A stretch of 59,082 bases of DNA, filler included, from Diploschistes diacapsis (lineage: Eukaryota), in the NCBI GenBank assembly GCA_023645945.1. It is 4 parts of 4 records of this genome, joined end to end, with 100 filler letters (N's around TTAATTAATTAA, not from the genome) between each part and the next. Parts side by side here need not be neighbours in the genome. Positions count along the whole stretch, not along the records: positions 1 to 31,939 come from JALAIB010000109.1; 3 more parts are not named here. One strand, 5' to 3'. Below the pieces are notes generated by a model that worked only from the letters and a program-made list of their open reading frames with translations, was not told the DNA's origin and ran no database searches. Position numbers and translations under genes: made by a program. Positions 1 through 11,883 of the stretch are shown piece after piece (the first letter of the stretch is position 1; the number at the start of each line of letters is the position of its first letter).

Positions 1-2223
1 GACGTATACTTTGCCTTTTTGGGACATCTTTTTTTTTTTTTTACACTTTCTTACCGGGGGGTCGATCAGCAACATGGGGGAGGAGGAGGAGGAGGAAGAA
101 GAAGAAGAAGAGAGGATGTGTGGTTCCTCGTTTTTTTCTAATTTGCATGCGGGCGCCGCTCCGGGGTAGTGCCGCCCGGACCGGAACGCACCCGTCAGAA
201 CTCGAAGCTTGTCGGAGGCGTCCTTGGTATCCTGGTGTGTGTGGTTTACCAAGTATGGGTTTTGGTGGTAGGGCTGGGGAGGACGGACAGAAAGTACCAA
301 AAGTACGAGGTTGCAAATAAGTCCAGGGGGAACGGGGTGCTTTTGATGCAGATACCAATGCAGTGTCTGACCCGATGGGGTGGCTGCGTGGCTGCATCTT
401 GGGTCGGGCTTACGTAGGAACCCCCCCGGACATGCATAGCTGTCAGATGTACGGCTTGTCGAGTTTGACGGGCTGTCATACACCTGTGGCCTGTCAGATC
501 TAATTTTGTTCAATCTGGTTAGACGAGGAGGGATGGGGATCTGCATCTGGCGCCGGGCCCACCAGTCCACGACCGACCCGGTAAAATCCCACAACCCATC
601 CGTTTTCATCCAGTCAGAATCCCCGGGCACGCTGCTCTGGTTCGAGATGTGGCCAAGTTTGATGTTCCACGATCCAGGGTTCCAAAAGTAGCCATGCGGT
701 GCTGGCAAATCGGCAGGCTGGGCATGGGCTCCCTGGGGTATCCAATCCCACTGCGCTGGGACCCAGAGCAAATCATCTTTGGACCTTCCAAGGCTGTACT
801 AGTCGATTCTGTAGTCTGGCTTTTAGACTGCCTTCTAGGAAAGCTCTAGTTTTGGGGGGAAGATGATACTTGTTACAGGACGGGGGGGGCGGAAGGGGCT
901 TCGAGGCTCTTATTGGTGGTTTCCTGATTGCTCGGATATACGTTGTGTGTCAGTGCTTAATTAGATACATGTCCACGTACAGATTCGGCAGACTGCATTC
1001 TGGGTGAAGTTGTGGTTGTATCTCAAATGCAGGCGGAGATTAAGGCCACACTGTAACGAAGCCCCTACTCTTTCCTCCTTCTCCTTCTTCTTCATGCTAC
1101 CGTGCTTTCAGCCTCGTCCCAAATCAGGCCTCACCCCTTTCTACCATGTTGCCTTTTTGTACCCCCTTTTTGCCCCTTTCGGCCCGGCCCAGCTATCTAG
1201 ACCCTAAAGCACCTAGTGCCTCATGCATACCCAGGCTCCCACGTTTCGCTACCGATTACAAGAGCCCTAAATATAAAGAAGTCGGATGCTCGTCTCACCC
1301 ACCGGTGGAAAAATCGAGGTCTAATCGATGGCTTATGTTCGTCGAGTAAGGAGTGCGAGACAGGGTTTCTCTCACGGGGGGTGGGTTGACCGGCATTCGT
1401 TTCTTCTCTCGTGCTCGCTGTTATATAATAGGGCGTTGGGCTCAGGGTTTAGGTTTGGCTTGGACTTGGAGTGGGAACTGCGGAATGCACATGGTAGGGT
1501 GGATGCCCCATTCGTCCTTCGCCCATTTCGCCCGGGTCCTATGATGGGTGAAGAGTGTGGGCAGGTCAAGGCTTGTAGCCGAATTTCACCCGGCTTCTTG
1601 GCTAGCCTGTCGACTTGTTCCATTAGTCACTAAATGGATGGATAAACACGACATGCACCTATACAAGGTTCAATTACAAGCACAACTCGCGAACTTCCTG
1701 CATCTTCTCGGATATTAGTCGTAGTACTTTCCACACAAAGAGCCTGTTGCAGCAGGTACTTGGGAGATTGGTAGTAAGGTTTGATATTGGGCCCTTTTGC
1801 AGGGGACAGTCTGGCAGCATCCGACCACCGTCCTCCCTCTTTAGCGTCTTCCAACTGAAACCCTTTCGATGCAATCTAAATTCATCCGACATCAGGTCGG
1901 CGTGCTCAGCACACTGCATCCAAACCAAAAACAGCAGTGAACATGAAAGGTGTACAAGGCAGCGGAAAGCTAGGAGCGAGAACATGCAAAAATGCATTCG
2001 CCGAAAAAAAGGCCGTCCCAAACTCGTGTACGTCGTGAATCCATAGCCCTGCTAGGATCTGGGGAGAAGAAGAAAAAAAAGTTGGCTCGACCACATCGGC
2101 GCACCTCTAGAACATTTTTTGGGAATGGACTGTACGTTCGTCAGGGTCTGTGGATAGCGGATCGAACAGCTCTCGCGCTTCCTGCATCACACCGCGCCGC
2201 ACATTCACTGCAGATCCCCGCCG

Positions 2224-4507
2224 TCAGTAGAGCCTCATGCTGGGGTATCCCATCGGCGGACCTCCGAGCCCGGCTGAGAATCCGGGAGAAACGGGAGACT
2301 GCTGAGCTGGCGGGACCGGTCGATGAAACATTTGCACCAGCCGTCTACCGACGCTGGTCTCGAGCTCGGTTCCGTCCCGGGCAATCTTTACCTCCCTGTT
2401 GGAGTTCCAGGGGTTACGTAGCCCCCTTGTACGGTAAAATGGAAGTCGGGCTGTGGACATCCACTTGATCTTGAACGGCTTTCCGAATGCCTGGACGGTG
2501 CTTGCCGGCTGCGTTGGCTGATCTTGGTCTTCCTGGTCTGCAACAGGTTTCTCCAATTCTGCCGAGGGGTCTAGCGGGTCTGCAGGGCCCTCCGCGATCG
2601 GAGAGGCAGACCTGTCGGAACCTTCCGACTCCGCTTCCCAGAAGATTGTGCCTCGTGCGGAATCGTCGATGATCCGACCCCTTGGTGCGAATTCCGTGGC
2701 AGGCGTGGGTATCGAGCAAGGGAGGTCGGGATCATCAACCACCGTCTCGGTACGGGGGGCCCATTCGAGCTTTGCCGCGGATTCATCATCAATGGGAGAC
2801 TCCATCCTAGCGTAACCAAAGTACTCGCCGGACTTGTTCGCGGAAAAGATCAAGTAGACGTTCTCGGCAGACTGCAAGGCAAATTAGACGGCACCATCGC
2901 TGAAGGGAAAGATCCACTCACGTTGTACGCTCGGTTGAGGGCCTCCTCGTTGTGCGATTGCGTAGCCCAGATACCGTTCCTTGCGCTTAGCTCGAGATCC
3001 TCGACTGTAAGACTTTTCACAATGAAATACTTGTCGTTGTTCTTTGGTCCGTCCACGGCTTCATTGACAATATGCTCGGGCTGGGGGGTTTCTTCTTGGC
3101 CAGGAGCCATGGCTTCTGGTGCTGCCTGGGTTGGTGGACTTGCAACCGATAAAGCTGCTGGGCCGGTAGGAACTCCCGGGGGTGCAGCTGCAGGCGTTCG
3201 GCGCAACCGACATACCAGCCTCACGCCATGGAACCTGGAGTCGTGAAACCTTGTCATTGCTGCTGCGCAAGCCTCGTCGGTTTTATAGTTGACGAAAGCA
3301 CAATTGCTTTTGGATATAAGAAAAACACTCTCGATGTCGTGGGTGGCGTCTTTCGAAAAATGGTCCTTCAGGTCACTGACGAGGGCTCCTGGTGGCAAGT
3401 TTCCTACCCAAAGTGCATGTCCTGACTGCTTGGGCTTTCGAGGAGGTCCACGAGGAGACGAAGGTATCGAACCACTTCCACCGCCGGCCGCTCTTCCACT
3501 CACTGCTAACGTCAGCCGCTTCGTTTCCTTTCTCCATGCACGGCATTTTCATACGTGGAGTCGCCCCAAGAAACCCGGGAAGTCCCCCTAAATGTGGAGA
3601 ATTCTGCTCCGTCGACGCCATGCTTTGCGGGAAGGTTTGATTCATCGGACTGCCCGCACCGTCTTGGAGGCGTTGATGACCTGCACAACGGCCCGAATCG
3701 TTAGATGGCCCCAACGCAAAATGGGGAGCCACACGACCTACCTTGAAAAGCTTGCTGCGCAGGGCCGGCCTGTCCGTAAGGTGTGGGGAAGTACATATGC
3801 TGATTCGGAAAGAAGTTGGACCGGGGCGATTGGTTTGCGGGCCGCCGCTGGACCGGGATCTGCTGGACCGGGATCTGCTGGAACGACGGAAACCTGGAGG
3901 AAGGGACTTGCCCTGAAGCAAAAGACCGAACGTACTGGGAAGAAAAATCAAGCTGTCGTGCGGGGCCGGGCGGAAGAGGCTGCTGGCTCGGGAAAGGCAT
4001 AGCTTGATGCTGTTGCTGTAGCTGCATCTGAGGCGAATGAGGAAATCTCTGCACGTTCTGCGCAAGTCCATAACTTTGAGCCGGATGCGGATAGCCGGGC
4101 AAAGCGGACCCCATGGCGCTCATGCTGAAGTTTCCATCGGTATTGTCGGAGGAGGATGCAGGTAAGCTGCGCGCCTCCCCGTGGGACTGCGTGTTCCTCG
4201 GATCACCCATTTGGTATGCGGATGAAGTCAAGCGGCTTGCGTAAGAGTACGACGGATAAGCGAATGAAGGCGAAGAAGCCGGTGAGCCTGCGTCCATGCG
4301 GTTACCATCGAAAGCTCCCTCGCAGCGAACCTGACTGGAGAGGTTTGGCTCACCTCGACCGAACCTGCGGCTGGAAGAACTTGGATTGCCAAGCGAGGGG
4401 ACGTCTGTCGACTGCGAAGCTGCAGATGTCCCGGTATAAGCAGAGTCGTCAAGCGCTTCGGCAATGTTAGGAAGGACCCAGTATTGCTGCACAAAGTAAT
4501 AGGCCAT
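2224..4507 (-). CDS. RRM + YTH (YT521-B-like) domain RNA-binding protein, multi-exon; 5' start uncertain
   Basis: ORFs 3701-4543, 2850-3503 and 2224-2877 join through GT-AG introns (approx. 3740-3682, 3555-3505, 2921-2873). RRM motifs ALWVGNLP and SNCAFVNY. YTH motifs KYFIVKSLTVEDLELS..GIWATQSHNE, VYLIFSANKSGEYFGYARM and NPWNSNREVKIARDGTELE. Q/P/S-rich low-complexity N-terminus. Confidence 0.88.
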
Positions 4508-7500
4508 GTCAGCCTTCAGCAAGCCTGGAAAGGAAGTAGACAATGCATGGCATGATCTCTGTGGGGCAAATACCTTGTGGGCCAGAGGAGGTTCCTATGT
4601 ATATCTTCAGAGGCTGGCCCTTCTGTTAAATGATAGCAACAAAGTGGCGCTGGTGATCGGAATGCTGACTTTCCGACACGAGGTGATCGACGAGACCAAA
4701 GAAGCAGCCAGGAACGTCGAATGGGTAAGGTATAATAGCTCAAGCTCGTATAAGCTACAGAATAGAGGGAAAGAATTCCTTATGGCTTTAGGAATGGACT
4801 GAAGCGAGAGGGGGGCAGTGACTCGTGGAGGACGACGAGCCAGTTAAAGAGTTTGGAAGGACATGAAGGGAGGTTCTTAAGAAAGCAGGGTTACAGGGAT
4901 TATGGGTATAGCTGGATATCTTCGCTCCATTTTGGTCTAGTGCAGGACCAGCGGAAGTCAGCTGTAGTAGCGACGGCAGTGCTATCAATGAAGCAAGCCT
5001 CCGCTGTCGAGCGGTTCGACCACTGACGCTAAGGCGTAGTTGGCAGAGGAGCTTGGACGGAGACGAGAAAGAGTGAAACGTGCAGGCTGGATACGCCATG
5101 CCTCACAGGAGGGAGGCAAAGGTGACATCTGGACTTTGATTGGGTCAAAGACGCGGAAGCACAGGTGTAGAAAACATTAGAGTAATATAATATATTTGAA
5201 AAAGCCAACTGCAGCTAGTTAAATCTAGTGCCTGCAAGGAACAAGGTAAGCCAGAGGGACGATCGTCTTTGGGCGATAGTAGTTGAAAGGATGCTATTGA
5301 TAGCGATTGGGTGTACGGTTAGGGAAATTGACTTGGCCGGAATGAGCACAAGTTCTGTACGCAGATTGAGTTCTGGCGGCCCGTCAGCCTTTCGCGTGGC
5401 AGCCCAAAGGTGCTGACAACGAATAGAATACCCACACAAAATGGCATCACCACTTGCAATGCGCAACCGGGCAATAAGTCACAGCAAAAGCAGTGGGGGA
5501 TGAGTTAATGTTGTGGGTGGAGCTGGACATTCGAAGCTTCCCCGGAGCCAAGTCCCGAACGGTCCTTTTACCTTTTACTTTGTTCATCTACTTCGTCCCT
5601 GGTAAGCGAGAGTATACTCCATAGTGAACAATCTAGACCCCCAGATGATAAACCCCTGCTTTTGCTTTTGCTCGGTTCAAGACCACAAAGACTTCGGCGA
5701 ATCAACCCAGCAGGATGGAAGGTTCATAGCAGGTACTGCAACCTTACTAGCGTGGAAGACTGAAGAACTTGCCCGCAAGTCGCTTCGCAGTGGCCGGGGG
5801 CACATCTTGCACAGAGCCTCCTTCTCTTCGGCTTTAGTGAGCCCCGGGGCTTCTCTCGCGTGGTTGAACAGTAGCGCAAGTAGCTATGTGGCTTGATTCC
5901 TTGAAGAGCTTTGAGGCTGACTGGCTGTGAGGGGGAGGGAGCACATGAGATGCTGCAAAGCCACACTCGTTCCCGACCATCCAGACCATTTCCGGCCGGT
6001 AGAATCTTATCCCTGAAAGGGCGTTGATTCAAATATGCTAAATGGTACAAGCTTATGAAGTGTCTTTGGGAGATCCTGACGAGTCTCTCCGTCGGCATTG
6101 GCGTCACTGTATTTTTGTTTGGAATAGGCCATTCCAGATTCGAATACAAGTGAACTTGAATAGGAAACCTGTGCGGCTCTCCATCCTCATCTGGGGTTTT
6201 TGGGCTGCACTAGTCTAGGTAAACGATCTTCGTCGTTCTTCGTATTCAGTAGTCAAGGATCATCGAATCTAAGCGAGCGGCTTCACACGAGGTAGATCAG
6301 GTGCTAAAACAGACTACAGGCCATCATAAGTCCATGGCGCAGCAAAACTCGCTAGAAAATTTCAAAAAGCTATCAAAAATCCAACCCAACACTGGTGAAA
6401 AGCCCGAAAGAGTCAAAAGACTACACAAGCCGACGGTCATCGCCGACGCTGAGCGCGTACTCTCCCTCCCTGTACAGAGGTAAATACAAGAACCTCGTCC
6501 CATGAGGGAGACTATGGTAAATGGTAAAGGAAGAACTTGGACAGATCTAAGAATAAAGCAATGGAGCAGACATGGCCATTTGGATCTGGAGAAAGAAGAG
6601 AAAACCTTTCCAGAAATGCTTGGCATTGTCAAGGAAGGAATGACGTCGATCGGGTCACGTCTAAAGTGCATCGTCTTATGTTTTTGATGCAAGCAACTCG
6701 CTCTTGCAAGGGAAATTCATCCTTTCAGTCAGAATATGCTTTACTGCGGACGTTGAGTTCCCCGTAGCTTGTGTATTCTACTGGCTTGTTCGAGAAACCA
6801 GAAGTCGCTGTCATGCGTGGCTTGCCAGCAGATCCGACTATTCCCACCCCCCTAGTATCTGTGCCTGACCCAATGTGGCAGGACGTCGTGGCTGTGCACC
6901 GGAAATGCTCCGGAGTATAGACAGGGCTAGATCCAAGGACCCTGAAGCATGCGGACAGCCGAGGGATTTTGACCGAATACGCATAAATAAACATAAGACT
7001 CTTTACCCTAGAGTTACGAGAAGTATGTCAATGACGACGGGTAGGTACTCTGAATAGGAAATCTGCAACGTTCGAATTAGGAGCGAGCAGTCTTGGCAAC
7101 AGCTTGACAGCTTTCTTCCCAGATGATAGAATGATAGAATCTCACGAGGTGTTTTCAAATGGATTTGTAAACTGGGCAAAGTGATACCGACTTTGACAAA
7201 CGTACCCCGTCCTAGGTGGGGTTCGTAGTCGCAAAGACATCTCTGGTTGTTCTTATTTTAGTAATGGCAGATCCCGTGGCCGATCTTCAATTTTCCAGCA
7301 CGTTTTGCATCCTACCTGATGCGGTAGCTATCTTCAGAAGCCCTTAATCCTGCGCAGAAGGATGGGAGACGCCCCGCAGTGCCAAAACGCAAAATCTCGT
7401 ATTGTACTTATGGATATTCAAAAGTTATCCTGATTAGCTCCTTTCGTCATCCCACCCCCTTCCACACCCACATCTGAGACGCGGGTAGATGGCTGCTGAC

Positions 7501-8209
7501 GACAAGCGGCGCGCGCTGAACTTTTGCCGCGGTGCGTCTGCACTGAGTATAGATCATCAGGGGACGTCTCAAATACGAACTGTGCGCCTAAGTATCCCCA
7601 GTCCATGGTCGTAATTAGTGATGATAGCGCTAGGTCGCAGGCAAAGTCCCCCCGATCAGTAAATCTTGACAGATTGTCGGTTTGGCCCGCCGAATACGAG
7701 GCTGACTCTAGATGTATTGAAGGATCATCGTCTGGGCCGCAAGAGCTAAAATTCTAAATAAATGTGGGCCGGATAGTGACGTGCTTTGCAGCAGCGGTAG
7801 GACGAAGATGGAACGAGACTGTAATGCCAGAGATGTTGAAGTCGAGGTTGTAAGGCGTGTACCATATGCTCTTGAATTGTCAACATCAAAGACAATCCAT
7901 GAAGACATAGATGCGAATAATACAAAGAATACTGATGGCGTGAAGGAGAGTGGAAAGTGTAGGTTCAGAACCCTAAGCGAAAATATTCACGTGCCATCAA
8001 TCTACACATACCATTTTTAAGTCTACACCTCAGGTGAAGGGCTGATTGTCTGTGCTATACTTGCTCGGAAGGCCAGAGTCTGTTACCATTGCTGTGTATA
8101 ACAAAATGCCACCAACCAACGCCTCGCTTAGACCGCTCGTGGTAGCCCTAGACTCTGCAGTGCCATCCCATCCGATAAGAGCAAATATATGAGATGTCTT
8201 ACACGCCGA

Positions 8210-10272
8210 CTACCGTCGAGTCGGGCTAGTTGGCTCTTCTTCCATATCAACCCTGACGAGTATCTCTTCGAGGAACCCTTCTAGAAACGCCGGCACGCCA
8301 CCACCCATGCCCACTGGAGCTTGCCGGTCCAATTTCTCGATCTCATTCAAGATGCCAGCCATCTTGATGACCTGCCTTTTCAGCTTGTCGTGGTAATACT
8401 GCTGCTTCTTAGCCTCCTCAATTGCCACTTGGGCGTTCTTGGATCGAGGAGGCTGGATGGCACGTTCGAGGTTATAGCTTCGTCTATGTAGTGCTGCCTC
8501 CAGGGCTGGAAGTATGACGTCCCTTATAGCAGTCATCCCACCTGCTGGGTCGCTACGGGGGAATGAAGTCATGTCCGACAAATCTACCGGCTTCTGTGGA
8601 GTTTGGGGCCGACCAGCAGGGACCGGCGCTGGCACCGGCGGCCGAAAATTGTGTGGAGAAAATGAAGGAAGAGGCTGTTGCGGAATGGATGGCTGTGGAA
8701 GGTGTGGAGCTTGTTGTGCGGAATGCGATGAAGAAAGTCGACTGGAGCTGACGCCTCTATATGGGGGTATTTCTGGTAGGTTTATTGGACTCATCAATCC
8801 CTTCTTAGATTGTATATCTGCTGACTGCTGTGGTTTTGATTCCTGGACACCTTTGTTAGGTACTAGAGGTTCTATGTTTCCTAGATCAAGTGCTCCAAGG
8901 CCATCAGCGATTTTTCTTTGTGATGCAACTTGTACATCGCCCGGCGCTAAAGATTGTCTTGGTGGCTCAGCCCTTGTTGGTTGTTCCAGAGGATATTTGA
9001 GAATCTGCTTCATCGGAGATGGCGGTAGCGGAACCTTTGTAGGGGAGTTTGGTGGTAACTGAGCGGACTGTGGTGCAACGACAGCTCGCCTTTGCGGAGA
9101 GGGGTTCCTCGGCTTGACTGTGTCCTCCTGAGAGTTATCTTTGTCGTGGCTGGCGGTCGTTTTGCTATTGCTCGCCTCCCTAGGAACTTGACTGCGATTT
9201 CGTACATTGGTATCAGACTCATTCATGGCCTTCAGGCCACCATTTCTACCACCAGCAGGCTTGACGGTGCCAAAGTCCCACAGATCTTCTTGGTCTTCGC
9301 TGTATTCGGATTCAGTGTCACGCTCTTCACTTTCGTCCTCCGAACCCTGTCCTCCGTGGACCGCTTGCCAGCGCTCGTAGCGCTCGATGAGCTCTGTGAG
9401 ATAGGTGGTTTTCTTCGCTTTTCGTATAAATGAATGCTTTAGTAGCTCCCTAGCTGTTGGTCTTTCCTTTGGGTCTCTCTTCAGGCAGAGCTCCACAAAT
9501 TCCTTGAAAGCGTTGCTGAAGTCCCCGGTGAGTGTAGGTGGCGGGTTCTTTGGTATCAAGAAAAGGACCTTCATCGGGTGTATCTCGGCGTATGGAGGTT
9601 CGCCCTTGGCGAGTTCAAGGGCGGTGATACCGAGTGACCATATATCGGCTTTGTGGTCGTACCCAGATTGCTTGATCACCTCTGGAGCCATCCAGAAGGG
9701 AGTCCCCACGAACGTGTTTTTCTTCGTCATAGTAGCTGAGAGCTGTCCAGAAACGCCAAAGTCGGCAAGCTTGACCTGGCCATTTGCAGCCAGGAGAACG
9801 TTGGCAGCTGTTACAAAACGCTTAGTCGTTGCTCGCAAAAAGATGCGACATTTATACCTTTAATATCCCGGTGCAGCTTCTTATCCGCATGAAGATAGTC
9901 GAGCCCCATCAGAAGCTCGCGCATGATGATTGTGATATATTCTTCCGTGATCAAGCCAGGCTTCATGAGATCCGCACAGCTTCCACCAGAACAGAACTCC
10001 ATGATGATCCAGAGATCCGAACCCTTGAGGAAGGAGCCGTGGTATTTCGTGACATAGGGTGAATGTAACTCTGATAGGATCGAGATCTCTTGTATGATAT
10101 CCTCCACTTCATCCTCGGCATTCTCCACATCAATGACCTTTATAGCAATTGATTGTCCCGTGCGCCTATCGACACCTTTGTAGACCTTTCCGAAGCTCCC
10201 TCCTCCTATGCAGTTTTGTCTGGTATAGAGTGTTTCGGGATCGACAGTTCCATCCATTGCAGGTCCCGCCAT
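8210..10272 (-). CDS. STE20-family germinal-centre kinase (GCK-III, MST/STK24-like) Ser/Thr kinase
   Basis: [23 protein letters not shown] (restored by removing intron 9857-9808), [12 protein letters not shown] (STE20 signature). N-terminal kinase domain followed by a long Pro/Ser-rich tail and a helical C-terminus. Confidence 0.93.
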
Positions 10273-11883
10273 CACGTTTCCTAGACAAGGCTTTGTAAGG
10301 ATTGATGTGCCTGTTCGGTTATGCCGAAAGATGACGGTTGTCAACTGCCTCTGCAGAACTTGACTTCCAAAGGGAGTTCAGGCCTAAACATTAAATCTCG
10401 ATTTTTAAGTGGCCGCTTCACGAAGTTTGGGCCACATCCCAACCAGGGCCTCCTGCTAATGACTTTGATTTGCAGGGGTATTGAAAAGTCGTTCAAGGTT
10501 CTGGGGAAATTCTGGATTACTTGTTGCGCAGCGAGGCGGGACAGACGCAGTGCGAATGCAGATAGAGGAAAGACAGCACATGGAAATATGGAGGGAGCAG
10601 ACTATATCAAGGAGTCTGTATGGAAGATAGACGGAGCGGAATGACTTGGGTTGCGCATTACCATTACCGCCACCATATTATTGCAATGGACGGGAACGAG
10701 AGGTGGTGGTGGTCCAGTTCAAATGGATTGGAACTTGAAGCATCTCAACACGCCAGACCAGACAAACCACAAACCCCACCGACGTCCGTGACGCCGAGTC
10801 AGGAGACAAGGGATTGATCAAGTTTGGCGATGTCGAGATCACATGACTTGGATTGGCTGAGAGAAGTTTCAAGTTCTTCGCTAGTTTCAGCCCTGTTAGG
10901 CTTGATGCCCATGTTTGAGAATATTACATGAACCAGCGATTGATCGGGCGGATTATCGGCGCCTTATAAGGCCGTTGGACTCCCATGTTTTAATGGTGTG
11001 TCTTTTTCAGCATCCCATTTCTGTTTCTACACCGAAGTCTGCTTCTTCCTCCCCATGCTTCTACCGTCCTGCAAAAATTGTCTAAGCATAACTACTGTCT
11101 AGCGAAAAGCTTGATCGCTACCCGCTCTGCGAGTGCCTGCGTTTTGCTGATGAGACCCAACCACTGACGCTTGTGTTGGTTTCCTTGTAAGACGTTGTTG
11201 GCTTTCACAGCAAAACACCATGTCAGCACAACCGGAACTCGCTTTTGTACTACAGACCTTGATAGCATCGACCGTGATGCCTTTGAAACAACCCTGTTTT
11301 CAATAATACCTCGAGTCTCATAGTTGAGCAAACTCGTTGCACCACTACACCAACCTGCAGATATTTCGACGTTTGCTGCATCACACGCTGCCTCATATCG
11401 ACAGATGACATTTTGCCTACATGCGCACATGTCTTTCCAGCTAGCTCTGTGTGTGTTGTGAAGCGGTAAGGAAGGCTTCATATCTCTCATGTTCTCACTT
11501 GTATCTAGGGTGCAGGTAAAGGCGCTTATTCAGTTAATCAAAGCCTGGATGCGAAGCTTGCTCATGTTTTTGTGTCTTAAGTTATGTGTAATGTTAAGGT
11601 GGCGGTCATTATTCCTCGAAGTGACACGATTTCCCCTGCCCCAACCTGCTGCAACTTCCACCAACCGAGCACTTAGCTTTCCGACCCGGTGTAGGGTCTC
11701 GATCGGGCAATGGTTAGATTTGTAGGTTGGTCTCATGTTGCACCCATTGTTTGTGATTCTGGATGCTGCGAACATATATAACAAAGCTCTACCTGCTTAG
11801 TTTTCTTTCTCAGTAGGACCGGCGCCTCGCTCACAGTACGCAACTTCATTTCTCTATTTCTAATATTAAGATTTTTATAATAT

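Noticed and set aside
28..115. Poly-T and GGA/GAA microsatellites with ORF 41-397
   Set aside because: Simple repeats near the window start; the ORF has no recognisable protein features.
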